DNA of 50,222 nucleotides from positions 1 to 50,222 of the forward strand of contig JBAPYE010000144.1 of assembly GCA_049284575.1 (NCBI GenBank), in the 5' to 3' direction. Position numbers and translations under genes: made by a program. The notes below the pieces were generated by a model. The model ran no database searches. It saw nothing but the letters and a program-made list of their open reading frames with translations, and was not told where the DNA came from. This document shows positions 1 to 7,775 of this stretch, in pieces (position 1 is the stretch's first letter; each line of letters begins with the position of its first letter). The stretch is from Desulfobacterales bacterium. GTDB taxonomy: Bacteria > Desulfobacterota > Desulfobacteria > Desulfobacterales > JAABRJ01.

Positions 1-1502
1 TTTTCCTTCACCAGGCGGCGGGCGTAAGTGGCCACCGCAGCGGTCTCGCCGTGCATCACGTAGATTTCCGAGGCCGCCGTTCCCAGGGAAAAGGCATTGT
101 GGCGGTTGGCGGTGGGACCCCCCATCACGTAGTGCGCCGCCGCCGAGCCCTTGCGCAGAACGATCAGCATCATGGGGACCTCGGTCTGCTGGATCGAGTA
201 GATCAGGGATTGCCCCAACCCCAGCAGCTCGGCTTTTTCGGCAACGTCCCCGACATCGATGCCCGAGGTGTCCTGCAGCCAGACGATGGGCAGGCGGTCG
301 CGGCCGCACAGGGTCACAAACTCGTTCATCTTGATCAGCCCCTGGCGATAGAGCTTGCCCCCGATGCCGGGGTAATCGGCATACTCCGGGTAGCCCTTGC
401 CCAGGTAGCCCTGGCGGTTGCCGATGCAGCCCACCAGAAAGCCGTCGATCTTGCACAGCCCGGTGTAGACCTCCGGGCCGTAGTCGGGCCGAAATTCCAT
501 GTGCTCGCTGCCGTCCACCAGGCGCGCCAGGATCTCCTCGAAATCGTAGACTTTCTTGGGATCCAAGGGCAGCAGCCGGTAGATGTCCTCCACCGGAAAG
601 CGGGGCGCCGCAGGCGCCGCCACCCGGAAAAACTTGGGGTGGTAGGCCGGCATGCCGGCCATGAACTCCTTCAGACCGTCCAGCACCCCTTGCTCCTCTT
701 CGTAGACATAGCGGAAAAACCCGGTCTGGTCGTAGTGGATCTTGACCGATCCGGGGGGTTTGGCCTTGAAATGTTTGGCCTTTTCGATCAGGGTCTCGGC
801 CATTTCGGTGTCAAACCCGCCCTTGGGGGCCATCCCGGAAACGATCCCGGCCCCGCCCACGGCGATGTTGCAGTTTTTGTGGGCAAAAAGAACGGTGGGG
901 CTGACGCCCTGGTAGCCGCCGCCGGCCGGGTTGGTGCCGTAAATTCCCGCCAGGATTGGAATCCCCATCTGCTCGAGCTCCGCGTGCCGGAAAAACGGGG
1001 TCCCGGCGCCGCGCCGGTTGGCGTAGAATTTCTCCTGCTCCGGCAGCTTGGCGCCGCTGCAGTTCACCAGCCAGACCAGCGGCAGGTTGAGACGCTTGGC
1101 AAGATCGGTCACCCGCAGGATGTTCTCGGACTGCCCGGCCAGCCAGGCGCCGGCCATCACCTTGTTGTCGAAACCGACGATCACGGCCCATTTGCCGGAA
1201 ATCTTGCCCAGGCCGTCCACCACATTGGTGGTGCCTTCCTCGTTGTCCAGGGGGTTGAAGAGCGTGTGCAGCGGGCACCACGTGCCAGGCTCCACCAGGT
1301 ACTCCAGCCGCTGCCAGACGGTCATCTGGCCGCGGGCGTTGATCTTCTCGGTGGGGAAGCCGGCATTCTTGACCTTCTCGACGGCTTGCGCCACCTCGGC
1401 TTCCACCGCCTTGAGCTGCGCGTGGTTTTCCTCGGTGCGCTTGAGGGCGCCTTTTTTCAATTCACGGCCGAAATCGGCCATTTTTTCAAAATACGGTCGC
1501 AT
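1..1502 (-). CDS. gcdA: Glutaconyl-CoA decarboxylase alpha subunit (acyl-CoA carboxyltransferase); N-terminal ~500 codons, C-terminus lies beyond the window start
   Basis: Absent from the ORF track because it has no stop in the window. Reverse-complement reading from the ATG (comp. 1500-1502), preceded by GGAGTGAAAG, gives MRPYFEKMADFGRELKKGALKRTEENHAQLKAVEAE...GKISGKWAVIVGFDNKVMAGAWLAGQSENILRVTDLAKRLNLPLVWLVNCSGAKLPEQEKFY...LPIVWLQDTSGIDVGD. This is carboxyltransferase family and lies directly downstream of the biotin carrier and Na+-pump beta subunit genes. The listed + ORF 51..1583 is its antisense shadow. Confidence 0.85.
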   Translation of the reverse strand, partial: MRPYFEKMADFGRELKKGALKRTEENHAQLKAVEAEVAQAVEKVKNAGFPTEKINARGQMTVWQRLEYLVEPGTWCPLHTLFNPLDNEEGTTNVVDGLGKISGKWAVIVGFDNKVMAGAWLAGQSENILRVTDLAKRLNLPLVWLVNCSGAKLPEQEKFYANRRGAGTPFFRHAELEQMGIPILAGIYGTNPAGGGYQGVSPTVLFAHKNCNIAVGGAGIVSGMAPKGGFDTEMAETLIEKAKHFKAKPPGSVKIHYDQTGFFRYVYEEEQGVLDGLKEFMAGMPAYHPKFFRVAAPAAPRFPVEDIYRLLPLDPKKVYDFEEILARLVDGSEHMEFRPDYGPEVYTGLCKIDGFLVGCIGNRQGYLGKGYPEYADYPGIGGKLYRQGLIKMNEFVTLCGRDRLPIVWLQDTSGIDVGDVAEKAELLGLGQSLIYSIQQTEVPMMLIVLRKGSAAAHYVMGGPTANRHNAFSLGTAASEIYVMHGETAAVATYARRLVKE

Positions 1503-1530
1503 CTTTCACTCCTGTGGTTGGTTCCGCTGA

Positions 1531-1746
1531 CTATTCGATCACCGCCAGAACATCGTCCTCCTCGACCTCGGCGCCTTCCTTGACCCGGATCTCCTTGACG
1601 GTGCCGTTGCAGGGAACAAATATCGGCGTTTCCATTTTCATGGCCTCGATCACCATGGCTTCCTCGTCTTCCTCGACGGCATCACCGACCGCGATATTCA
1701 CCGAAACCACCTTGCCCGCCAATGGGGCTAAAATTTCTTCTGCCAT
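1531..1746 (-). CDS. gcdC: Biotin carboxyl carrier subunit of the decarboxylase (biotinyl domain only, 71 aa)
   Basis: ORF 1531..1761 translates to ...GKVVSVNIAVGDAVEEDEEAMVIEAMKMETPIFVPCNGTVKEIRVKEGAEVEEDDVLAVIE, with the biotinyl-lysine motif E-A-M-K-M. I place the start at the second ATG (MAEEIL, 1746), because GGAGGGA lies 6 nt upstream of it. Confidence 0.85.
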   Translation of the reverse strand: MAEEILAPLAGKVVSVNIAVGDAVEEDEEAMVIEAMKMETPIFVPCNGTVKEIRVKEGAEVEEDDVLAVIE

Positions 1747-1824
1747 TTCAAGTCCCTCCATCTTTTGGAATTAAGCCATGAAAAAGCTGATTGGATTCGG
1801 AATGCCGCAGGCCGGCGGCCCCCC

Positions 1825-2940
1825 TCATCCCAGCAGCGTCAAAAATATGCCGGCCGCCACCACCGTGCCGATCACGCCGGCAACATTGGGGCCCATGGCG
1901 TACATGAGCAAGTAATTTTTCTTGTCCGCCTCGGCGGCCACCTTATGCACCACGCGGGCGGCCATGGGTACCGCCGAGACCCCGGCAGCACCGAGAAGCG
2001 GGTTGATCTTGTCGCGTGAAAAAAGGTTCATCAGTTTTGCCAGCAGGATACCGGTGGCCGTGGAGAACATGAAGGCCAAAAGCCCCAGGAAAAAGATGAA
2101 GATCACCTTGGGCTGCAGAAAATTCTCGGCATTCATAGTCGCCCCCACGGGGAGACCCAGGAAGATGGTCACGATATTGAGCAGCTCGTTTTGAGAGGCG
2201 TGCGTCAGGCGCTCCACCACCTTGGCCTCACGGAAGAGGTTGCCCAACATGAACATCGCCACCAGCGGCGCCGAGGCCGGAACCAGCAGAATGATTAGAA
2301 TCGCCCCCATGATCGGGAACACTATTTTTTCCAGTGCGCTGACCTTGCGCCCCTTCCGCATGCGAATCACGCGCTCCTTGCGGGTGGTCAAAAGCTTCAT
2401 GATGGGGGGCTGAATGATGGGCACCAGCGCCATATAGGAGTATGCCGCCACCGCACAGCTGCCCAGCATGTGGGGGGCCAGTTTGGTGGCCAGGAAAATC
2501 GTCGTGGGGCCGTCGGCCCCCCCGATAATCCCGACGGTCGCGGCCTCCTTGAGATCGAATCCCAGAGCATAGGCCGCGAAAAAGGTCAGGTAAACCCCGG
2601 CCTGGGCGCCGGCCCCCAGAAAAATCAGCCGCGGGTTGGCCAGCAGGGGCCCAAAGTCGGTCAGGGCCCCCAGGCCCAGGAAAATCAACGGCGGAATGAT
2701 TTCCCACTGGATGCCGTAATGGTAAAAACGCCAGATCAACCCCTCCCCGGGCGTCATCAGGCCGGTCAGCGGCAGGTTGACCAGCAGAATACCGAACCCG
2801 ATCGGCAGCAGCAGCAATGGTTCGTAGTCCTTGGCAATCGCCAGGTAGATCAGGACCAGCGCAATGACCCACATGGTCAGCATCCCCGGCGTCAGGTAGA
2901 AAACGCCGGATGTCTTGAAAAGCGTGATTAGGGTTTGCAT
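1825..2940 (-). CDS. gcdB: Na+-translocating decarboxylase beta subunit (OadB/GcdB family integral membrane protein)
   Basis: 371-aa polytopic membrane protein: MQTLITLFKTSGVFYLTPGMLTMWVIALVLIYLAIAKDYEPLLLLPIGFGILLVNLP...GADGPTTIF...GPNVAGVIGT. These are typical OadB-family blocks, and the gene sits among the other decarboxylase subunits. Confidence 0.9.
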   Translation of the reverse strand: MQTLITLFKTSGVFYLTPGMLTMWVIALVLIYLAIAKDYEPLLLLPIGFGILLVNLPLTGLMTPGEGLIWRFYHYGIQWEIIPPLIFLGLGALTDFGPLLANPRLIFLGAGAQAGVYLTFFAAYALGFDLKEAATVGIIGGADGPTTIFLATKLAPHMLGSCAVAAYSYMALVPIIQPPIMKLLTTRKERVIRMRKGRKVSALEKIVFPIMGAILIILLVPASAPLVAMFMLGNLFREAKVVERLTHASQNELLNIVTIFLGLPVGATMNAENFLQPKVIFIFFLGLLAFMFSTATGILLAKLMNLFSRDKINPLLGAAGVSAVPMAARVVHKVAAEADKKNYLLMYAMGPNVAGVIGTVVAAGIFLTLLG

Positions 2941-3069
2941 TTACTTTTCCTTGCGGCCTGCGATCTTATCGATTGCCAGGGAAGTCAACCGAATGGCGCT
3001 GTAGAGCAACACCATTACAGCAAAAACGCCGGCTAAGCCGGAGATGAAAATGGTGGTTGCCTGTTCCAT
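2941..3069 (-). CDS. gcdD: Small single-TM decarboxylase subunit (OadG/GcdD-like), 42 aa; below the ORF-track cutoff
   Basis: Hand translation of comp. 2941..3069 gives MEQATTIFISGLAGVFAVMVLLYSAIRLTSLAIDKIAGRKEK*. GGAGAA lies 5 nt upstream of the ATG. Its TAA (2941-2943) abuts the gcdB ATG (2938-2940). It has one hydrophobic helix followed by a basic tail, as in OadG-family anchors. Confidence 0.65.
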   Translation of the reverse strand: MEQATTIFISGLAGVFAVMVLLYSAIRLTSLAIDKIAGRKEK

Positions 3070-3121
3070 CGCTGTTCTCCTTTTCCTGCCATCGCCCGGT
3101 GGTCCTCAGGCGACCGTCGTC

Positions 3122-3514
3122 TTATTGGGCCAAGGGCCACTGGCCGCGCTCTTCCAGGACCGTTTTGAGGGTCTTCAACGCGGCGTTGGTGGCCGGCATC
3201 CCGCCGTAGATAAAGGTCTGAAAAATGGTTTCCGCAATCTCCTGCGGGGTGCAGCCGACGTTCAGGGCGGCCTGCAGGTGCAGCTTGAGCTCTTCCAGGC
3301 GCGAGAGCACCGTCAGGGCCGCGACGGTGACCAACTGACGGGTTTTATGCGGAATTTTCTCACGAGCATACATCTGCCCGGTGATAAAAAGCGACAGATC
3401 CCGGGCGAGGTGTTTGTCAAACGCCTTCCACAACTCGTAGGGCTTTTCGTCTTGGACCCCTTCGAAATAGAGGGCCGCCACTTTCCTGGTTTTTTCGACA
3501 ATCTCCTGGCTCAC
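3122..3514 (-). CDS. Carboxymuconolactone decarboxylase (CMD/AhpD-like) family protein
   Basis: ORF 3122..3562. I favour the GTG start at 3514 (VSQEIVEK...), preceded by GAGGAGGAA. The sequence ...KPYELWKAFDKHLARDLSLFITGQMYAREKIPHKTRQLVTVAALTVLSRLEELKLHLQAALNVGCTPQEIAETIFQTFIYGGMPATNAALK has the CMD-family helical pattern. Confidence 0.75.
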   Translation of the reverse strand: MSQEIVEKTRKVAALYFEGVQDEKPYELWKAFDKHLARDLSLFITGQMYAREKIPHKTRQLVTVAALTVLSRLEELKLHLQAALNVGCTPQEIAETIFQTFIYGGMPATNAALKTLKTVLEERGQWPLAQ

Positions 3515-3570
3515 GGCAATTCCTCCTCGATGGTGTGCGTCTCTGAAGCGCCCGGCTGTCACGGGCAGCG

Positions 3571-3603
3571 GAAAACCCGGGAAACGACCGACGGGTTTCC
3601 CGG
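3571..3603 (-). terminator. Terminator-like or attenuator hairpin between acd and the CMD/gcd genes
   Basis: On the minus strand: CCGGGAAAC-cc gtcggtc-GTTTCCCGG, a 9-bp stem, followed by GTTTTCC. It lies in the 119-nt gap after the acyl-CoA dehydrogenase stop. Confidence 0.4.
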
Positions 3604-3633
3604 CGATCGCCCCCGGCGGAAACGCCGCGGCTG

Positions 3634-4797
3634 CTAGCGGTTAGCCTTGCGAATCCCCAGCTGGTCCTGGGCGATGATCCATTTGCAGATATTCGACGAG
3701 CCTTCCACCATGGTGTAGGTCGGCGCATCGCGGTAGAAGCGGGCCACCGGGTATTCGGTGGAATAGCCGTAGGCGCCCAGAATGCGCATGGCGTAATTGG
3801 CGCACTTGGTGACCGCCTCCCCGGCAAAATACTTGGCCATGGCGACATCCAGCCCGTTGTTGAGCTTGCCCTGATCCTTGGCCCAGGCGGCCTTGTAGAC
3901 CAGCAGCCGGGCGGCCTCGATTTCGGTGGCCATCTGGGCGATCATGTCCTGGTTCATCTGGAAGGTGCCGATCGGTTTACCGAACTGCTTGCGGTCGTTG
4001 CAGTATTTGATGGCGGTGTCGAGACAGGCCTGGGCCAGGCCGACGGCCCCGGCAGCGGCGGAAAGACGGGTCTGGTTGAGCGAGCTGAACACGATGCGGG
4101 CGCCGTCGCCGGGCTGGCCGAGGATGTTCTCCTTGGGAATCCGGGTGTCGCTTAAGAAAACCTCGCCGGTGGGGCTGGAGTGGGAGCCCATTTTGTCCAG
4201 GCCCGAGGTCTTGACGCCGTTGAAGTTCTTGGGCTCCAGAACGAAGGCCGAAAGCCCCCGGGAGCCCTGGGAGCGGTCGGTGTAGGCGTAATAGATCAGC
4301 GCGTCGGCGACGTTGGCGTTTGAAATCCAGGTCTTGGAGCCGTTGAGGAGCCAGTGGTCGCCCTTGTCCTCGGCGGTGGACTGCATGGCCATGACATCGG
4401 AGCCCGCATCCGGCTCGGTGATGGCAAACCCGCCGATGTATTCGGCGCTGACCAGCTTGGCGATGTACTTTTTGCGCAGTTCCTCGCTGCCGTATTTGTA
4501 GATGGTGAAGGCGCAGCCCAGGGTCTGCATGTTGACCTGCACCCGCAGGGAGCTGGACGCCCGCGCGATCTCCTCGGTGACGATCATGGCGGCCAGCCAG
4601 CCCATATCCTCGCCGTTGTAATCTTCCGGAATCACCGTGCCGAAAAATCCCAGCTCGCCCATGGGCTTCATCACCTCCTTGTAGGGCAGGTAATGATTGG
4701 CGTCCCATTCATCGGCGTTGGGGGCGATTTTCTTGGCGGCGAATTCCCGCACCGCATCGCGCAACATCTCCAGGTCTTTGGAAAGCTTGAAATCCAT
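3634..4797 (-). CDS. Acyl-CoA dehydrogenase; probable glutaryl-CoA dehydrogenase by context
   Basis: 387 aa: MDFKLSKDLEMLRDAVREFAAKKIAPNADEWD...GGFAITEPDAGSDV...WISNA...YRDAPTYTMVEGSSNI. This shows the ACAD N, middle and C domains with the catalytic Glu region. It is flanked by a CoA-transferase and glutaconyl-CoA decarboxylase genes. Confidence 0.9.
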   Translation of the reverse strand: MDFKLSKDLEMLRDAVREFAAKKIAPNADEWDANHYLPYKEVMKPMGELGFFGTVIPEDYNGEDMGWLAAMIVTEEIARASSSLRVQVNMQTLGCAFTIYKYGSEELRKKYIAKLVSAEYIGGFAITEPDAGSDVMAMQSTAEDKGDHWLLNGSKTWISNANVADALIYYAYTDRSQGSRGLSAFVLEPKNFNGVKTSGLDKMGSHSSPTGEVFLSDTRIPKENILGQPGDGARIVFSSLNQTRLSAAAGAVGLAQACLDTAIKYCNDRKQFGKPIGTFQMNQDMIAQMATEIEAARLLVYKAAWAKDQGKLNNGLDVAMAKYFAGEAVTKCANYAMRILGAYGYSTEYPVARFYRDAPTYTMVEGSSNICKWIIAQDQLGIRKANR

Positions 4798-4846
4798 GGT
4801 GTCCTCCTGCTTGAAGTGGGGTTTTAAAATTGCTGGCGGCCGGGGT

Positions 4847-6049
4847 TTAAATCACCCCGTTTTGCCGCAGGCTCTCGATTTCAGCGGCGCTCAGACCGCA
4901 GTGCTCCTGCAGAATCTCCTCGGTGTGCTCCCCCAACAGCGGCGGGTGCCGATTGATGTCGCAGGGGGTTTGACTGAGCTTCATCGGGCTGGCCACCATT
5001 TTGACCGTCCCGGCGGTGGGATGCGGCACCTCGGCCAGCATGCCGCGAAAGAGCAGCTGGGGATCGGAGAAGACCTTGTCGAAGGTGTTGATCGGACCGC
5101 AGGGAATCCTCAGCTTGCCCAGTTCGGCCAACCACTCGTCAGCCGGCCGTTTGAGCATGGCCTGGGCCACTAGCGGGATCAGCGTGTCGCGGTTTTTGAC
5201 CCGTTCGGGGTTGGTTGCGAAGCGCGGGTCGTGGGCCAGGTCGTCGAGCCCCGCCAGTTGGCAGAATTTCTGCCACTGCAGGTCGTTGCCCACCGCCAGG
5301 GCGATATAGGTGTTGTCCCGGGTCAAAAACGGCTGATAGGGCACGATGTTGGGGTGGGCGTTGCCGTAGCGTTTGGGAAGCGTGCCGGAAATCAGGTAGT
5401 TGCTGCCCACATTGGCCAGCCAGGCCACCACCGAGTCCAGCAGGGCCATGTCGATGTACTGGCCCTGGCCGGTTTTCTCCCGGTGGCGCAGGGCTGCCAA
5501 AATGGCGCTGCAGGCAAACATCCCGGTGGTAATGTCCACGATCGCCACGCCGACCTTCATGGGCGGTCCTTCGGGGTCCCCCGTGAAGCTCATCACGCCG
5601 CCCATGCCCTGGATCATGAAGTCGTAGCCGGGCTGATCTTTGTAGGGGCCGTCCTGCCCGAAGCCGGTGATGGAGCAGTAGATGAGGCCGGGGTTTTCCT
5701 TGCGCAGGTCCTCGTAGCCCAGCCCCAGCCGGTTCAGGGTGCCGACCATGTAGTTCTCGATGACGATGTCGCTCCCGCGGGCCAGTTTACGGATCAGGGC
5801 CTGCCCCTCGGGGTCCTTGAGGTTGACCGTCAGACTGCGCTTGTTGCGATTGACGCACAGATAGTAGGCCGCCTCGCCGCCGGCTTCCGGCGGCCCCCAG
5901 CGGCGGGTGTCGTCCCCCACCCGCGGCCGTTCGACCTTGATCACGTCCGCCCCTAGATCACCCAGCATCATGGAGCAGTAAGGCCCCGCCAGGACCCGGG
6001 AGAGGTCCAGAACGGTGATGTCACTCAGGGGTTTTGGATTCGCCTGCAT
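4847..6049 (-). CDS. Family III (CaiB/BaiF) CoA-transferase
   Basis: 400 aa: ...LSDITVLDLSRVLAGPYCSMMLGDLGADVIKVERPRVGDDTRRWGPP..., the typical CaiB/BaiF N-terminal signature. Confidence 0.9.
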   Translation of the reverse strand: MQANPKPLSDITVLDLSRVLAGPYCSMMLGDLGADVIKVERPRVGDDTRRWGPPEAGGEAAYYLCVNRNKRSLTVNLKDPEGQALIRKLARGSDIVIENYMVGTLNRLGLGYEDLRKENPGLIYCSITGFGQDGPYKDQPGYDFMIQGMGGVMSFTGDPEGPPMKVGVAIVDITTGMFACSAILAALRHREKTGQGQYIDMALLDSVVAWLANVGSNYLISGTLPKRYGNAHPNIVPYQPFLTRDNTYIALAVGNDLQWQKFCQLAGLDDLAHDPRFATNPERVKNRDTLIPLVAQAMLKRPADEWLAELGKLRIPCGPINTFDKVFSDPQLLFRGMLAEVPHPTAGTVKMVASPMKLSQTPCDINRHPPLLGEHTEEILQEHCGLSAAEIESLRQNGVI

Positions 6050-6079
6050 TGATGTCTCCTTTTCATCTGACGTCCTGCG

Positions 6080-6859
6080 TTACCTTTCCCCATCGTAGCC
6101 CATGACTTGGGAAAATTCCCGGGCGGTCTGGCACAGCTCCTGAAGGCAAAACTCACGGTGCCGGTCATCCTTGTAGCGAATCTCCGGCAGGGCCAGGCTG
6201 AGCGTCGCCAGCAGCTGGCCGCGGTGGTTGAAAACCGGCGCGCTCAGCGACCCCAGGCCGGGGTTGCGCTCCCCCAGGCTGACCGCGTAGCCCTGTGCCT
6301 CAATTTTCGCCAGCTCCGTGCGCAGGGCGTCCAGATCGGTCACGGTGTGATGGGTCAACGGGGGGATGGCGGTCAGGTTTTCGAGATAGCGCTCACGGAA
6401 TTCCGGCTCACAAAACGCCAGCAGGCACTTGGAAGACCCCCCGGCGTAAAGGGGGGAGCGGCTGCCGATGGGCATCGTGGCCTTCAGCGTTTGGGAGGAC
6501 TCCATATTGTCGATGCACACCCGGTCGGTGCCCTCAAGGATATTGAGGTGAACGGTCTCCCGGGTGCGGTCCACCAGCCGCTGCAGAAAAGGCTGGCTCG
6601 CCCGGGTGATCGGGTAGGTCCCCTTCAGCGCACGCAGAAAACCGTAATACACAAACCCCAGGCGATACTGCCGGGTGTCGGCGTCCTGCTCCACAAAGGC
6701 ATTGGCCTTGAGGATCTGGAGGATCCGCTGAACGGTCGCCGGGCTGAAGCCCAGGTGCACGCCGAGCTCCCGGACGCCCCAGGACGGACGATCGGCCTGG
6801 AACGCCAGCAGGATTTTCAAGGCTTTTTCGACGGAATTAAAATGGCCCGCTTGTTTCAT
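6080..6859 (-). CDS. IclR family transcriptional regulator
   Basis: 259 aa: SVEKALKILLAFQADRPSWGVRELGVHLGFSPATVQRILQILKANAFVEQD is a winged HTH, followed by an IclR effector domain. It is the first gene of the same-strand glutaryl-CoA cluster. Confidence 0.9.
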   Translation of the reverse strand: MKQAGHFNSVEKALKILLAFQADRPSWGVRELGVHLGFSPATVQRILQILKANAFVEQDADTRQYRLGFVYYGFLRALKGTYPITRASQPFLQRLVDRTRETVHLNILEGTDRVCIDNMESSQTLKATMPIGSRSPLYAGGSSKCLLAFCEPEFRERYLENLTAIPPLTHHTVTDLDALRTELAKIEAQGYAVSLGERNPGLGSLSAPVFNHRGQLLATLSLALPEIRYKDDRHREFCLQELCQTAREFSQVMGYDGER

Positions 6860-7080
6860 AATTCAAAACGCTGTTTTATTTTTTTCACATATGCCAGCCT
6901 GAAATCCCTTTGTCAAGCAAAATGTTCCGGCGCTGAGAGCCGTCTTGGGGGGCGCCGGCAGGCGGATGCCGGCCGTGGCAGGCTGTCAGGCCCAAATCGC
7001 CGGGGAGATCTCGCCGGAGGTCGAAATCACGCGGGTTGACTACCGTTTAATGGCCTGCGCTGTCTGGCGCTACTCATCGT

Positions 7081-7180
7081 TTAGGGGTAAATCGCCGCCG
7101 GGTGTATTGCCACCATCCGCCTGAATGCCTTATAGTTCTCTTTAGAATGTGGTGGGTTGACACAGGCTTTCCCCTTCCGA
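7081..7180 (+). promoter_or_regulatory. Structured mntP leader; possible divergent yybP-ykoY (Mn2+) riboswitch
   Basis: AGGGG (7083-7087) pairs with CCCCT (7171-7175), closing a region that holds an inner CCACC/GGTGG stem and a GGTTGACA element (7155-7162). The closing helix ends 5 nt before the GGAGG SD. The conserved GGGGAGUAG loop is not matched (the sequence here is AGGGGUAAAU), so this call is tentative. Confidence 0.3.
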
Positions 7181-7193
7181 GGAGGCTTCACCC

Positions 7194-7775
7194 GTGCAAA
7201 TGCTCAACATAACAGCCCTGGCGGTGGCGCTGGCCATGGATGCCTTCGCAGTGGCGATTGCCGCCGGCGTGACGTTAAAAAAGATCAGTTTTCGCCAGAA
7301 TTTTCGGTTGGCTTGGCATTTCGGGCTTTTCCAGGCCATGATGCCGGTTATCGGCTGGGGGGCGGGAATCCATATTCGGAGTTGGATTGAAAGCTATGAC
7401 CACTGGGTCGCGTTTGGCCTGCTGGTATTTGTTGCTCAGGGAATGCTGCGGGCGGCATTCCGCAAAGAGGCGCCGGACGAAGAGCGCAAAGACCCCACCC
7501 GGGGCGCCACGCTGGTGATCCTTTCCGTGGCGACCAGTATCGATGCCCTGGCTGTTGGGTTGAGCCTCTCACTGATCAATATTTCCATCTGGACGCCGGC
7601 CCTGGTTATCGGCCTCGTGGCGGGGGTCTTCACCACGGTGGGGATGCATCTGGGAAAAATAATCGGCGCCGCCACGTGCCTGCGCCGTTACGCCGAAGGG
7701 GCGGGGGGCATTGTTTTGGTACTGATCGGCCTCAACATCCTTTACGAACACGGCGCGCTTGTATTTTTGACCTAA
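7194..7775 (+). CDS. mntP: Manganese efflux pump MntP (DUF204)
   Basis: 193 aa: MQMLNITALAVALAMDAFAVAIAAGV...FGLFQAMMPVIGW...SIDALAVGLS, showing the duplicated DUF204 motif. GTG start at 7194, 8 nt after GGAGG. Confidence 0.9.
   Translation: MQMLNITALAVALAMDAFAVAIAAGVTLKKISFRQNFRLAWHFGLFQAMMPVIGWGAGIHIRSWIESYDHWVAFGLLVFVAQGMLRAAFRKEAPDEERKDPTRGATLVILSVATSIDALAVGLSLSLINISIWTPALVIGLVAGVFTTVGMHLGKIIGAATCLRRYAEGAGGIVLVLIGLNILYEHGALVFLT

Noticed and set aside
51-1583. 510-aa + strand ORF
   Set aside because: It is an antisense shadow of gcdA and gcdC. The composition (Gly/Ala/Arg/Pro/Val/His-rich, no recognisable domain) is typical of the stop-free antisense frame of high-GC3 genes. The opposite strand encodes a clear carboxyltransferase.
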